64,000 bases of DNA from Leptolyngbyaceae cyanobacterium (GCA_965263355.1 CBDHHL010000056.1:160001-224000), one strand, 5' to 3'. Shown: positions 29,551 through 40,470, counted from the first letter of the stretch. The notes: a model not told the origin generated them from the letters alone. Numbers and translations: made by a program.

Positions 29551-30135
29551 CTAGATAGTGGGCGGCAACAAAGGTTGCGTGCGTAAAAGTTGCTCTGGAT
29601 TTAAGAGAAATAGAATAGGTTGATTGTCAGACTGAACAATTAACCCACTAACGCATTGAATATTTACTCTGGCTGCATAATTAGACGGTAGTGGTACGAT
29701 TTCCGACTGGGCAAACCGTCGTACAGTTGGAGATGATACAACCGGCAAACCAAATAATTCTTCCTGACGATTGCGAATAATTAGTAGATATCCGCTAGCA
29801 GACGGCGACTCTGACACCTGCTCTAACCACTGACTAGAGCGTCGTGCTCTCGGATTTTCTAATGGAAGACTCACTGGACTCGCGTGATTACCAAGATTGC
29901 CAAAAACTTGATGGCTGATATCCAGAACCAGTAGTTCTTTACCTTCGTAGACGGTTAATCCTGTACCAGAATTATTATAATTACCTTGGGTGTCGCTTTG
30001 GGGTACAACTTTTTTAACGGCAAAAATTGGTAACGCAAACCATTCATGTTGAATTTGGAAAACGATCACCTGCTGAGTCGTTTCACTTTTGTGAGTTCTT
30101 AGACGGCGAGACTTTAAGGGAGATAGAATAGCCAT
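29551..30135 (-). CDS. cheW: CheW-like adaptor protein
   Basis: IVFQI..EWFALPI..VKKV and FGLPV motifs; last gene of the taxis operon. Confidence 0.85.
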   Translation of the reverse strand: MAILSPLKSRRLRTHKSETTQQVIVFQIQHEWFALPIFAVKKVVPQSDTQGNYNNSGTGLTVYEGKELLVLDISHQVFGNLGNHASPVSLPLENPRARRSSQWLEQVSESPSASGYLLIIRNRQEELFGLPVVSSPTVRRFAQSEIVPLPSNYAARVNIQCVSGLIVQSDNQPILFLLNPEQLLRTQPLLPPTI

Positions 30136-30143
30136 AGGGATTT

Positions 30144-33100
30144 TTACACTGCACTAAGGGATTCTTTTTTAAGTACCTGCTCAATCATTTGCAGAAGCTC
30201 ATGATCCTGATAAGGTTTAGTGATATAGGCATTTGCGCCCAATCTCATAGCAAGCTGGCGATGTTTTTCGCTACCGCGAGAGGTCAGCATAATAATGGGT
30301 AAGTTCTTGAGTCTAGAATCAGCTTTTACCTCTGCCAACACACCGTATCCATCTAGTCGAGGCATTTCAATATCACAGACAATTGCGTCAACAGTTAATC
30401 CCCCGAGCAATTGGTCTACGGCATCCTGACCATCTTTGCCCTGTTCTACGCTGTACCCAGCCTGCTCTAGGGTTGTTCTCAGCAGCTGACGCATATTGAT
30501 AGAATCGTCAACTACCAAAATATTAGTTTGTTGAGCTTGGGGTAATGCTAGCTGTTGAGGTGGCTCTCGATCTGGACTAGGTTGGAGCAAATGCTGCCAA
30601 CGTTGGGGACTTCTAGGAGTAACCTCTTCTTCATCGTCGCTATCGATCCATTCCAATAATTTAGCAGCATCGGCTAAGGGCACTACATGACCATCTTCCA
30701 AAATGGTACAACCGTTAAAGCCTGGGGGTAAGCTGATCACATTTTCAACTTGTCGGATAACAACTTCTCGTTCTCCCCAAAAGCGTTCGATATAAATGCC
30801 AGTTAAACGTTCCCCACGATTGACAATCAGAATCGATGGCTCATTAATGATAGGTGTCGTTTCTGTTGTCGTTGGTCGCAACGGGCAGCGAAATTCTAGC
30901 CACTGTTCTAGATGAATCAAGGGTACTGTCAAACCTTCCCAATTAATGACTTTTTGATCTGGGGAATCAAAGACCTGTACAGCATTAAGGCGGATCATTT
31001 CTTCAATTCCATCGGTGGGAAATGCCAGTCGCATCCCACCACTTTCGACCAACAGAACTCGCATAATAGATAGAGTAAACGGCACACTGATAGTAAATGT
31101 TGTGCCTACTCCAGGCTGAGTATCAACTTTAATCTCACTTCGAATTTGTTCGAGGTTAGTGCGGACCACGTCCATACCAATACCTCTACCCGATAAGCTG
31201 GTAACTTGGGAAGCTGTGCTGAAGCCAGGCTCAAAAATCATACCGAGAAGTTCGCTCTGACTCATACTATCGAGCAGTTCATCTGTCAGACCCATCTGGT
31301 AGGCACGACTGCGGATTTTAGTCAGGTTAATGCCTGCCCCATCATCACTGATGGAAATTAGGGTTTGATTACCTCGATGAGCGGCGCGAATTTCAATTGT
31401 GCCTTGGGGGAGTTTACCCTGTGCTTGACGAGTTTCAGCATCTTCAATACCATGATCAAACGCATTTCGCAGCAGGTGCATGAGGGGGTCTCGGAGGTGC
31501 ACTGCAACAAAGCGATCAATTAGGGTAGCCCCACCAGCAATCTTTAACTCTACTGTTTTTCCATATTGTAAAGATAACTCTCGCACAGTCCTGGGAAAAC
31601 GTTCAACAAGATCAGATAAAGGTCGCATTCTAGCCCGCGTTACATTGATTTGTAGAGCTTTTGCGGTACGATTTAAGTTACTGGAGGCCTGCTTAATCTC
31701 TCGCATGTTAAGCTTTACATCACTTGTAACCTCTCGCAGCTGAACTAAGGTTTCTCGCTGATCTTGAGATAGCAGATGCAGATCACTGTAGCGATCAAGT
31801 TCTAAGCTATCAAATGAGTGTTCCGTTGAGGCAACTTGACCGATTGACTCATCAGCTGAGCTGTCTTGAAGAGGAAATGCCCCTGTGAAGGCTAATTGTG
31901 ATTTCAATGCCTGTTTTAGCTGGTTGGTCGCAGCTCCGTTGCCGGATTTTGAGCGAGGGACAGAGGTATCAATAGACAGCTGATTGCAAAACATCTGTAG
32001 TTCTGCATTGGTACCTTCCAGGCTGCCCATCCGCTGAGAGAACAGAGTCATCAAATCTTCCATTTGATCCAGACGTGAGTTCATAGTATTACGCTGGATA
32101 ATTAGTTCGCCAAATAGGTCATTCAGCTGATTTAACAGCTTTATGGGAACTCGAACTGTATTCTCTTGAATATCTTGATTTTTGTTCGCAGGAGCTTCTA
32201 CGGGTTCAACCAGGATTTCTACAAATTCTTCTGACTCCTCTTCTGCTGGTGACGATTGGAACGTTGAGGAAAAATCAATCTGCGATTCTAGATCTATTTT
32301 CTCATTTTTAGTTGAAAAAATAGGTTCTGGCTCTGGGGCAGTTGTCGGTTCATCAAACTGAAATTCAGTTGGATCAAAGCTTTCAATTGCAGCCTCAATG
32401 CCGACTAAATCAATATCATTAAGAATATTTGTAGTGCTATCCGGTATAGCATTTACAGTACTGTTATTAATATGATTACCTGTAGTCTCAATTTTATCTG
32501 AGCTACTTATATTAGAGAAACCTTGATTAATAGTCTCATCAGGATCCATAGAGGAGACCTGCTTAAAGAAAGCATCGTCTGAGATTTCAGTGGACTCATT
32601 AATTGCCTCAGAGACCTCTTCAAGCTTTAAGACTTCTTCAGCTGTTTCAATTGCCTCGTCAGGTTCAACTGTTCTTGGTTCATCGATAACAACATTGGTA
32701 ACAGCTTCAATATCATCTTCCAAATCTAAAGTCTCAAATTCGGAAATTTCTATTTCGGAGTCTTCTATATCCAGGAATGTTTCTGAACCGACAAATTCTA
32801 AGGACTCGTTTGCAAATAATTTAGCAACATCCGAGATCTCAGTTGAAGCAAAGTTTGTCTCTAGCTGCGTTGGCAATTTATCAAGTTTACCAACCATTAC
32901 CAGTGCCTGGGACCGTTGCCAGAGTTCTAGAGCCTGATAGGCAAGGGGTTCAACCTGGTCTGAGGAGGCCGTCATTAGCTGTTGGTTGATCGAGGCACAT
33001 AGACTAGTAAATGCATCGATCTGGAGCATTTTACCCAGATCGTGCAATTCCTCCACCATTATCTCTAACTCTTCTCGCAGACAAGGAGAACCTGGGGCTT

Positions 33101-33623
33101 CTAATACCGATGACAGTCGGTTCAGTAGCTCTTCCACTTCAGTGCCAAACATGACAACAGCTGTGTTATCATCAGATTCTTCAGCGAGCAGAGCGAGTTC
33201 ATCACTGGGTTGTACTTCACCTAAACGATCACGCAACTTCTCGAAACTAGGATAGGCATGGCTAGTTAGCCATGCTTCTGTAATTGGCTCTGCCTGACGA
33301 TGGAGTGAGCTGATCTGGCGCATGCTATCCAGACCTTTCAACAGATGTATTTCCAGTGCAGCATCCACCTGGACAGAACCTCGACGAACCCTGATAATTT
33401 TTAAGGAATCTTCGAATTGGTGTGCCAGCTGGCTCATTGATGGACATTCGATCATCGAACCGATGCCCTTAATCGTATGGGCTGCCCGCAGTGCGGCGTC
33501 CATTTTCTGCGGATCTACCCCAGTTTCAGCAAGCCCAATTAATACTGATTCAATAGTATTGAGATATTCATCAACTTCATCTAGAAAGTTGAGCCAGACC
33601 TCACGATCTGCTTCATGTGACAT
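30144..33623 (-). CDS. cheA: CheA-like hybrid histidine kinase (Hpt-HATPase-CheW-REC)
   Basis: LRAAHTIKG, HLLRNAFDHGIE, DDGAGI, PGFSTA...SGRGIGMDVV motifs and a C-terminal receiver (VDDS, CDIEMP). Confidence 0.93.
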   Translation of the reverse strand: MSHEADREVWLNFLDEVDEYLNTIESVLIGLAETGVDPQKMDAALRAAHTIKGIGSMIECPSMSQLAHQFEDSLKIIRVRRGSVQVDAALEIHLLKGLDSMRQISSLHRQAEPITEAWLTSHAYPSFEKLRDRLGEVQPSDELALLAEESDDNTAVVMFGTEVEELLNRLSSVLEAPGSPCLREELEIMVEELHDLGKMLQIDAFTSLCASINQQLMTASSDQVEPLAYQALELWQRSQALVMVGKLDKLPTQLETNFASTEISDVAKLFANESLEFVGSETFLDIEDSEIEISEFETLDLEDDIEAVTNVVIDEPRTVEPDEAIETAEEVLKLEEVSEAINESTEISDDAFFKQVSSMDPDETINQGFSNISSSDKIETTGNHINNSTVNAIPDSTTNILNDIDLVGIEAAIESFDPTEFQFDEPTTAPEPEPIFSTKNEKIDLESQIDFSSTFQSSPAEEESEEFVEILVEPVEAPANKNQDIQENTVRVPIKLLNQLNDLFGELIIQRNTMNSRLDQMEDLMTLFSQRMGSLEGTNAELQMFCNQLSIDTSVPRSKSGNGAATNQLKQALKSQLAFTGAFPLQDSSADESIGQVASTEHSFDSLELDRYSDLHLLSQDQRETLVQLREVTSDVKLNMREIKQASSNLNRTAKALQINVTRARMRPLSDLVERFPRTVRELSLQYGKTVELKIAGGATLIDRFVAVHLRDPLMHLLRNAFDHGIEDAETRQAQGKLPQGTIEIRAAHRGNQTLISISDDGAGINLTKIRSRAYQMGLTDELLDSMSQSELLGMIFEPGFSTASQVTSLSGRGIGMDVVRTNLEQIRSEIKVDTQPGVGTTFTISVPFTLSIMRVLLVESGGMRLAFPTDGIEEMIRLNAVQVFDSPDQKVINWEGLTVPLIHLEQWLEFRCPLRPTTTETTPIINEPSILIVNRGERLTGIYIERFWGEREVVIRQVENVISLPPGFNGCTILEDGHVVPLADAAKLLEWIDSDDEEEVTPRSPQRWQHLLQPSPDREPPQQLALPQAQQTNILVVDDSINMRQLLRTTLEQAGYSVEQGKDGQDAVDQLLGGLTVDAIVCDIEMPRLDGYGVLAEVKADSRLKNLPIIMLTSRGSEKHRQLAMRLGANAYITKPYQDHELLQMIEQVLKKESLSAV

Positions 33624-33739
33624 GGTTTTAATTTAATAGAGCAGCACTAGTTTTGAGATAGGAGATAATGGCTATTGTGGTGTTGTTGAGTTCAGAGACA
33701 GATTAACCTAAGCCGATCTCTGAACTCTACGACAACTTG

Positions 33740-36055
33740 CTATGCTTCTGTTTTAACCTTAAACTGGTCAACAGTAGATTCTAACTCGCGGGCAACTTCT
33801 ACAGTGTTCTGAAGTGTTTCAGCTACTTCACGAGAAGCATCTGACGTGCGTTTAGAGGCTTTCGTAATCTGCTGCATCAGTTGGGTGACTGTCTGAGATG
33901 TTTCAGCCTGTGAAACGGTTGCTTTAGAAATTGACTGTAGCAATTGATCAATTTGCTGCGATACTTCCACAATCTGCCCTAAACCTTCCTTAGTTTCCTG
34001 TACTAGTTGAGTACCTTCTACCACCTGAGTAGTACCCCGTTCCATGGCTTCTACCACGTCTCGGGTACCCATCTGAATGTTTTTCACAATCTGCTCAATC
34101 TCTTTGGTCGCTGCCGCTGATTGTTCTGCCAGCTGACCAACCTCACTGGCAACTACCGCGAAACCTTGACCTTCTTCACCAGCGTGGGCTGCCTCAATAC
34201 TGGCGTTCACCGCTAGCAGGTTTGTTTTCATCGCAATTTCGTTAATTAGCGAAACCACCTGAGAAATTTGCTGGGAAGATTCACCCAGCTGTTTTACTTT
34301 CTTACCGGTTTCTGCCACAGTAGACCGCAGGTCTAGAATACTGTCTACTGTGCGGTCCATAGCAGTTCCACTGTTTTGAGCAGCATTAGAGGCAACCTGC
34401 GCAACTTGGGCAGCCTGACGAGCATTGTCAGCCACTTCCTGAATGGAGTGTGACATCTGCTCCACGGAGTTGAGAGTGTTGGTAATTTCATCCATCTGAG
34501 CCAGAGCTTCATCCGCCAGTTGGCGAATCGCCCCCTCACTCTGATCAATGGACGAATTTACCTGTCCAGTTGCCTGTTTTACCTGAACCACGATAGATCG
34601 CAGGTTTTCAATAATGGCATTGAAGACGTCACCGATAATACCAATCTCACCTGCAGTTAGCTCTGTACGTACCGTTAGGTTACCATTAGAGGCTTCTTCC
34701 ATCTCGTTCAGAAGCTGTACTAACTCACGCTGCAAAACCTCATTTCGTTTCCGTTCTTCTTCAGCTCGCTCCACCTGGGCTTGGGCAGAAATCTGTTGTT
34801 GTACTGATTCTTCCTGCTTGACCAATAGAGTCTGAATCTGTGATGCCATCAGATTGATGTTAGAACCCAACTGGGCAATCTCATCGTTTCCTTGGGTCGT
34901 AATTCGAGTTCTGAAGTCCCCTTCTCCTAAACGTTTTACTGATTCAGTAATCTGCAAAATCGGTAGGGTAGTCCGAGTTGCGACCAGGGTAGCAATGGCA
35001 GCGACAAGTAGAACGGTAATACCAGTACCTACAAGTACTGTGTTCAACAACTGTCGTGATGCAGCAAATGCTGTAGCTGTATCAATTAAACTAACTACGC
35101 TCCAGTTTAGCTGAGGGCTATTAGCATCATGAACAATCGGGGCATAGGCTGTAAGTTGACTATCTAAAATGTCAATCTGAGGTTCTCTGCCCTGCAGCCA
35201 GTCACTAGAGAGATCGTTCAGGACTGGGTTAGGTTCAGCTTCATCAGTATTGGTTAAGAAAATCTGCTCATTAGCATCAATCAGTGCCACTTCAGTATTA
35301 GTTACTGCAAATGCACTAACACGTCGCTTGAGTTCTTCAACGTCAAGACGTACACGGATCATATAGAGCATTTCACCGGTTTTACTATCAAAGATTGGGG
35401 CTGCTCCAATCAATGCAAATGTTAGGTTCCCCGCCCTGGGTGCCCGTGGCTGTACCCAAGTAATATCATTGCTCGCTACAATATCCTGAAACCAATCGTT
35501 TTGACTAACGTTTGATGGAATACCATCAGGGTTACTAACAGCAACAGGATTACCCTTAAGGTCTACCACTGCAATATCTTCGTAAAGCGGTGATCTCTCA
35601 ACTAGATCTTGTAGAAAAGCATTGCGATCAGCCGCTGTTGTTGCTTCACGCACTTTAGAATCCGCAAACATGCTCAACTGAGAAAACGTTCTCAAGTCTT
35701 GGAAACGAGCATTCATAAATTCTGCGGTAAAGTTTGCAATATCCGATGTTGCTGCCTGGCGGGCCTCCTCTACCTGGACTGTCACCCGGTCCTGTACAAA
35801 GGTATAACCCAAACCACCAACAATAGCGACCGGGGCTACCCCCAATGACAGCGCCAAGGCAAGTACCTTGGTTTTTAGTGTTAACTTTTGCCAAAAACCT
35901 GTGGAAGAATTTTGAGTAGCAGCAGGCTGATTATCATACTGCCGGTTACCCGTGACCATGGGCGAATAGCCAGAGGAACCCATGCTGTCTGGTAGGTTGC
36001 CATTACCAGTTGCAATATTATTTAGCTGTGATGGAAATTCTGTATTGGGGGTCAT
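33740..36055 (-). CDS. Methyl-accepting chemotaxis protein (Cache-HAMP-MA)
   Basis: Two transmembrane helices around a periplasmic Cache-like region; HAMP (DEIAQLG); signalling motif TNLLAVNASIEAAHAGEEGQGFAVVA. Confidence 0.93.
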   Translation of the reverse strand: MTPNTEFPSQLNNIATGNGNLPDSMGSSGYSPMVTGNRQYDNQPAATQNSSTGFWQKLTLKTKVLALALSLGVAPVAIVGGLGYTFVQDRVTVQVEEARQAATSDIANFTAEFMNARFQDLRTFSQLSMFADSKVREATTAADRNAFLQDLVERSPLYEDIAVVDLKGNPVAVSNPDGIPSNVSQNDWFQDIVASNDITWVQPRAPRAGNLTFALIGAAPIFDSKTGEMLYMIRVRLDVEELKRRVSAFAVTNTEVALIDANEQIFLTNTDEAEPNPVLNDLSSDWLQGREPQIDILDSQLTAYAPIVHDANSPQLNWSVVSLIDTATAFAASRQLLNTVLVGTGITVLLVAAIATLVATRTTLPILQITESVKRLGEGDFRTRITTQGNDEIAQLGSNINLMASQIQTLLVKQEESVQQQISAQAQVERAEEERKRNEVLQRELVQLLNEMEEASNGNLTVRTELTAGEIGIIGDVFNAIIENLRSIVVQVKQATGQVNSSIDQSEGAIRQLADEALAQMDEITNTLNSVEQMSHSIQEVADNARQAAQVAQVASNAAQNSGTAMDRTVDSILDLRSTVAETGKKVKQLGESSQQISQVVSLINEIAMKTNLLAVNASIEAAHAGEEGQGFAVVASEVGQLAEQSAAATKEIEQIVKNIQMGTRDVVEAMERGTTQVVEGTQLVQETKEGLGQIVEVSQQIDQLLQSISKATVSQAETSQTVTQLMQQITKASKRTSDASREVAETLQNTVEVARELESTVDQFKVKTEA

Positions 36056-36158
36056 CGTTGTTAGTTTTTAGATTAGGAGTGGATAGAAGGCGCTGTGAGA
36101 ATAATGTGCTTAAGGAACTCCTCAACGAAAGGAGCCCCTTAACTGCTAAAGGAAATAC

Positions 36159-36701
36159 TTAACTACTTTGCAAAATCGGAGAACGGGCAATCGCTTCAGC
36201 ATCCAAGACCAGTAGCATTTCGTTTTGTTGAAGTAAGCATCCACGCAAACAAGGCATAAGACCCGGCGCAAAATGGCCTTTGGGTGTTTGAATCAACTCT
36301 GGTGAAAAGCGAACTACACCTCGCATGGTTGGCACAATCAATCCTAGAAGAGCCTGGTTATGAGCTGTTGATACGAGCATATTCTGTTGTTGCGATATCT
36401 GAGCAACCCGAATAATCACAACGTTATAATTACGAATATTGGAGGGAAGCGGTGTGGCTAGTAACATGTGCGCTAAATCGACTAGCCACATAACTCGACT
36501 GCGTCGAGTTGACAGTCCCAACACACAGGGCGGCATGTTTGGCATCGGCGTAATTTGCTGTGCCGACAAAACAATTACCTCCTGGACTTGACTCATTGAA
36601 AAAAGTGCGGGTGTCTGCTCATTGAGTTGAAAACTCAAACAAGCTGTACCAGAAGTTCCCTCTGACTGTATTTGTCGATGGGCTAGGACTGATGCATTCA
36701 T
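36159..36701 (-). CDS. cheW: CheW-like protein
   Basis: ITPMPNMPPCVLGL..RRSRVMWLVDL motif. Confidence 0.88.
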   Translation of the reverse strand: MNASVLAHRQIQSEGTSGTACLSFQLNEQTPALFSMSQVQEVIVLSAQQITPMPNMPPCVLGLSTRRSRVMWLVDLAHMLLATPLPSNIRNYNVVIIRVAQISQQQNMLVSTAHNQALLGLIVPTMRGVVRFSPELIQTPKGHFAPGLMPCLRGCLLQQNEMLLVLDAEAIARSPILQSS

Positions 36702-37063
36702 TGACTTAAGCTATACCGAACAGCATTAACAAGTTGGTCTTCGGTGAAGGGTTTAGTGACATATACATTGATCCCTTGTTTCATAGCCCAAAGGCGATCA
36801 ATTTCACCTGATTTGGAAGTACATGCCACAATAGGTACCTTTTGAGTAGCGGGATTTTTCTTGAGATTGCGGCACATTTCAAGGCCATTCATCCCAGGCA
36901 TCACCAAGTCTGTAACAATTACATTGGGCTGATACTCGATTGCCTTACTCAAGGCTTCTTTTGCATCAGTGGCTACAATTACTGTATACCCACCTTTTCT
37001 TAGGTAACTGCTGATGAGTTCCAGTTCATTAATAGAATCATCGACAACTAAGATTTTGGTCAC
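36698..37063 (-). CDS. CheY-like single-domain response regulator (PilH/PixH type)
   Basis: ILVVDDS, TDLVMPGMNG, CTSK..IDRLW..KQG...YVTKP motifs. Confidence 0.92.
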   Translation of the reverse strand: MTKILVVDDSINELELISSYLRKGGYTVIVATDAKEALSKAIEYQPNVIVTDLVMPGMNGLEMCRNLKKNPATQKVPIVACTSKSGEIDRLWAMKQGINVYVTKPFTEDQLVNAVRYSLSQ

Positions 37064-37175
37064 TTTTATTCACCTCAAAAGCTTTTTTGGATTTTTTTTG
37101 GGAAAATCAAATCTACAAAAGACATCCAGACAAGTAGTTTCTCACTTTAAAAAAGACTATACATTCTAGTATCTT

Positions 37176-38474
37176 TCAAGATAAGTTTCTAGATATCACA
37201 TCTAGCAAGCTAGCTCTATTAAAAGGTTTCTCCAAGTAATCTGTAGCACCCACTAATTTAGCCCTTGTCTTGTTGATGATCCCTTTCTTGCCTGTTACCA
37301 TTACAACTGGTATATTTTCAAATCCGGGAAGACGCCTCAACATTCTACACAATTCATATCCACTTATTGTTGGCATTGTTAGGTCCAATAAAATAATATC
37401 TGGCTTGAGTCTTTTTAGTTGGAATGTGGCCTTAATTGGCTCAAGAAATTTAAAAACTGAGAAATCTTCTTCACCTAAAAATCGTTCAATTTGATCCAGT
37501 GTATTGGGGCTATCATCAACACATGCAACTACAGGTCGAGTTTTCTGTCTCTTATTAGAAGTAGATAAATAAGGTGTTGAGAAGCCTTTATTTAAGGTAT
37601 CTGTTTTAATAGTGTCTAATCCTTGTGCCCTTTTAGGAGAAGCATTCTCAAGCCCAGTCAATCTATCAAATGGTGACTCTGGGGCCCGTAAAATAATAGA
37701 TTTATTATCGATATAAGGATGTAGAAATTTTGCAATATCAAGTTCATCCTGTTGTAAAATGGCAGCAATGTGGCGAATGCTATAGCCTCGCAAAATAGTT
37801 CCTAGTTTACTTTTTAACCTAGGCGAAACAGTGTTTGAATTATTAGTATTGAAAAAAGCATCTTGGCTAACTATATAAGGGCGCTGGTGGGGAGAGTTAA
37901 TCAGAGGATTTAGAAGCTTCCAGGTCTTTAGACGTGTTTGACAATTTTCGATAGTAGCTTTAGGGTCAAGCTTAGAAAATACAGGAATTTCAAAAAGCTC
38001 TCTCTCAATTCTTACAGCCCCCCCTGATAAAGATAGAAACGACTCAATTGCTTCCCTTGTTAACTGTTCTATCAGTTCTTGAGCTTGCCAAATCTCCAAA
38101 TATTTTTGCTCAATTAGGTAGCAGATTATCTGATACTCAAAATACTGAGTTGACTGAATATTATCAGATTTTATATTCAATAGCTCGTCAGAGTTTTCCT
38201 CAAGCCAGGAAAATGATTCTTGGCTCATGGTAGCTAATTTTAACTTAAGCCATTTAAGGGAATAAGCAAGGCTTTTTTCTGATGCATGGGATGCATAGTT
38301 CAGTTTGCCATCTCTAAAATAGATCCACCAAGACATTGATTTTGCATCCACTTCTAAGCATCCACTTCCATAGGTATGAACGAAGCTTGCTAGCAAAACT
38401 GGAGGTTGAAAACTCCGAATAGATTTTGGGTTATTTGTGATTCTTGACTTTTGCAAGCTTTTCATAAAGTTCAT
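37176..38474 (-). CDS. PatA-family response regulator (PilG/PixG type)
   Basis: N-terminal PATAN-like region (W.IYFRDGKLNYA) and C-terminal receiver (CVDDS, LLDLTMP, DYLEKPF). Confidence 0.88.
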   Translation of the reverse strand: MNFMKSLQKSRITNNPKSIRSFQPPVLLASFVHTYGSGCLEVDAKSMSWWIYFRDGKLNYASHASEKSLAYSLKWLKLKLATMSQESFSWLEENSDELLNIKSDNIQSTQYFEYQIICYLIEQKYLEIWQAQELIEQLTREAIESFLSLSGGAVRIERELFEIPVFSKLDPKATIENCQTRLKTWKLLNPLINSPHQRPYIVSQDAFFNTNNSNTVSPRLKSKLGTILRGYSIRHIAAILQQDELDIAKFLHPYIDNKSIILRAPESPFDRLTGLENASPKRAQGLDTIKTDTLNKGFSTPYLSTSNKRQKTRPVVACVDDSPNTLDQIERFLGEEDFSVFKFLEPIKATFQLKRLKPDIILLDLTMPTISGYELCRMLRRLPGFENIPVVMVTGKKGIINKTRAKLVGATDYLEKPFNRASLLDVISRNLS

Positions 38475-39795
38475 ATCCTTACAATTCCCGCAGGCCTTAA
38501 TCCATTAGTTACGACCTAATGTCAAGTCAAAATTAAATTGACATTGCAACATATCTAAGACTAAAAAGTTTTTTAACTTTCAAGTTCTAGCCCTTAGGCA
38601 ACGCCACATGAATCTATTCTCAAGTAATGGATAAAATACGCTAGATTCAAAAAATCCAAAAATCGCTGCTAATTTATCGAAATTTAGAAAAATATTTGAA
38701 AAACTGGTCTTTAAAGAGTAGTATTCAGTATAGAAATAGCCTTATAAGGCCTATTTCTATGTGACATTTTTAACTTGGATTAAAGGGAAACACAATCAAT
38801 ACAAAAACCTATTCATTATTCGAAACCACTTCTCCGGTAATCTTATTCGAAAATTGAGTAGTGGTTTGATAACATCTTCTAAGGGTTTAGTGAAAAATTA
38901 ATTTTTTGTTATTTAGTTCACTTCGTTGGAAGCTTAAACGATTAAAAACATGAGCTCTACCTGGTTCTCTATGTTAGAGCGTAATGAGAGTACCCAAACT
39001 CTCATAAAAACAATGGTTTTAGGCATCTTAACTGGAAAAAATGTTCATGCTGAACACTAGTATATTAGTTCCTGAAGAGCCAAAAGATGGCTGGCAGAGA
39101 CTGCATTTTGCATGACTCACTATGTTAGGCCTCAACATTGAGGTATGCCATTGAATTAACTCTCTTCATTGAATAACAATCGCAGAACATCAATGCATGA
39201 CAATTAAAAACTGATGTATCACAAAGTACCAGCTGAACAATAACTTCAACTGGGCTAAATCGCTCAGATATAGCAAATTCACAGTGCTACTTGATTCAAA
39301 AATGACCTAATACAATAAGTGAAAGCGCTGAGTAAAAAAAGGTACTACTGGCCCTATCTAAAACATAGATGCATATCTTTTATTCTGTCTGCTGTTACAA
39401 GTATTGTGCTGTGGTAGATATGCCTGACTAATTTAGAGGCAGGTGATGTCAAAGCAAGTAGACAACACTTCTGGAGTAGAGTGTTCCTGTACTTAATAAA
39501 GTATTCTACCAGACTATTGGTTTTCGTATAGACCGAAGTAGATTTATAAATAATTTGTATATTTCGAGATATTGTCTGAATTTGAGGAAAATATCCTGAT
39601 CTAAAAAAAATGATCTGAATACGTACCATCGGTTCTTTATAGTTTTTAGCTTTCGTTCAATCCTGATGTCACAATAGTGTCCTTTGAATTTAAGTCATCC
39701 AGACACAGACTGAAGAAATTGAATTAAGTTATTCTTAAGAGCCAAAGAGATACTCTACTGTGCTATGTCTATCACTTTGAACAAAAATGCATAGA

Positions 39796-40209
39796 CTATT
39801 TTTCTATGATAAATAGATGCTTTGGCTTTTCAACAAAGTCGCTCTTGTTCAAAATGTCTGAAATTGAAATCACACCGAGCAGGCGACCCTGCACCACTGA
39901 AGCACGACGGATTTTTGTATTGGCAAATAAACGCGCTACATACTCCACACCCAAATCTGGCGTTACCACAATACAATGCTTAGTCATGATCTCAAATACA
40001 TGCATTTCTTTTGGATCATGGCCATAGGCCGCTACCTTGTAAACAATATCTGTTTCAGTCACCATGCCATAGGGATCTTCTTCACTGCGGCGATCTACAA
40101 TCAGTGCACGCAAGCCTTTATCTTTCATTAACTCAACGGCTTCGGCCACAGTTGCTGAACCACTGATAGTGATCACATCAGCGGTCATAATATCCTTTGC
40201 CTGCATCAT
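39796..40209 (-). CDS. CBS-pair protein of the CBS-CP12 type, lacking the CP12 tail (possible pseudogene)
   Basis: AKDIMT...YGMVTETDIVYKV...PDLGVEYVARLFAN...ISISDIL.KSDFVEKPK; the ORF stops right after this. Confidence 0.75.
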   Translation of the reverse strand: MMQAKDIMTADVITISGSATVAEAVELMKDKGLRALIVDRRSEEDPYGMVTETDIVYKVAAYGHDPKEMHVFEIMTKHCIVVTPDLGVEYVARLFANTKIRRASVVQGRLLGVISISDILNKSDFVEKPKHLFIIEK

Positions 40210-40329
40210 AATGACGCTGTCCTCATCTAAACATAAGTAAAAGAGATCCTCTCTTATGTGAGAATCTCCCGATTTTATCCTTTAGTTAACCCTCTAACCC
40301 GTTTGATTTTGTAGAAGTCACTTAGCAGA

Positions 40330-40470
40330 TTAAACGTCGTATTCTCGCTGTTGTAAAACTTCAGGATTATCCATGTAGGCATCATACCCATAGAAATCTT
40401 TCTTAGGTTTCTCGACAAAATCACTCTTACGTAGAATATCTGAAATTGAAATCACAGCAGGTAACGTCTC
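40330..40470 (-). pseudogene. 3' remnant of a second CBS(-CP12-like) gene
   Basis: Translates as ETLPAVISISDILRKSDFVEKPKKDFYGYDAYMDNPEVLQQREYDV*, paralogous to the end of 39796-40209; no start codon before the homologous part. Confidence 0.7.

Noticed and set aside
28990..39272. Shared aaatcgct...cagatata motif in both spacers flanking the taxis operon as att sites
   Set aside because: The match is short and gapped in AT-rich DNA, and no integrase is nearby.
38475..39790. Riboswitch, ncRNA or gene (including ORF 39354-39629) in the long AT-rich spacer
   Set aside because: No recognisable riboswitch consensus and the ORF looks random; only an isolated palindrome (atagaaatagcc...ggcctatttctat, about 38729-38760) was seen. 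An Rfam/Infernal search would be needed.
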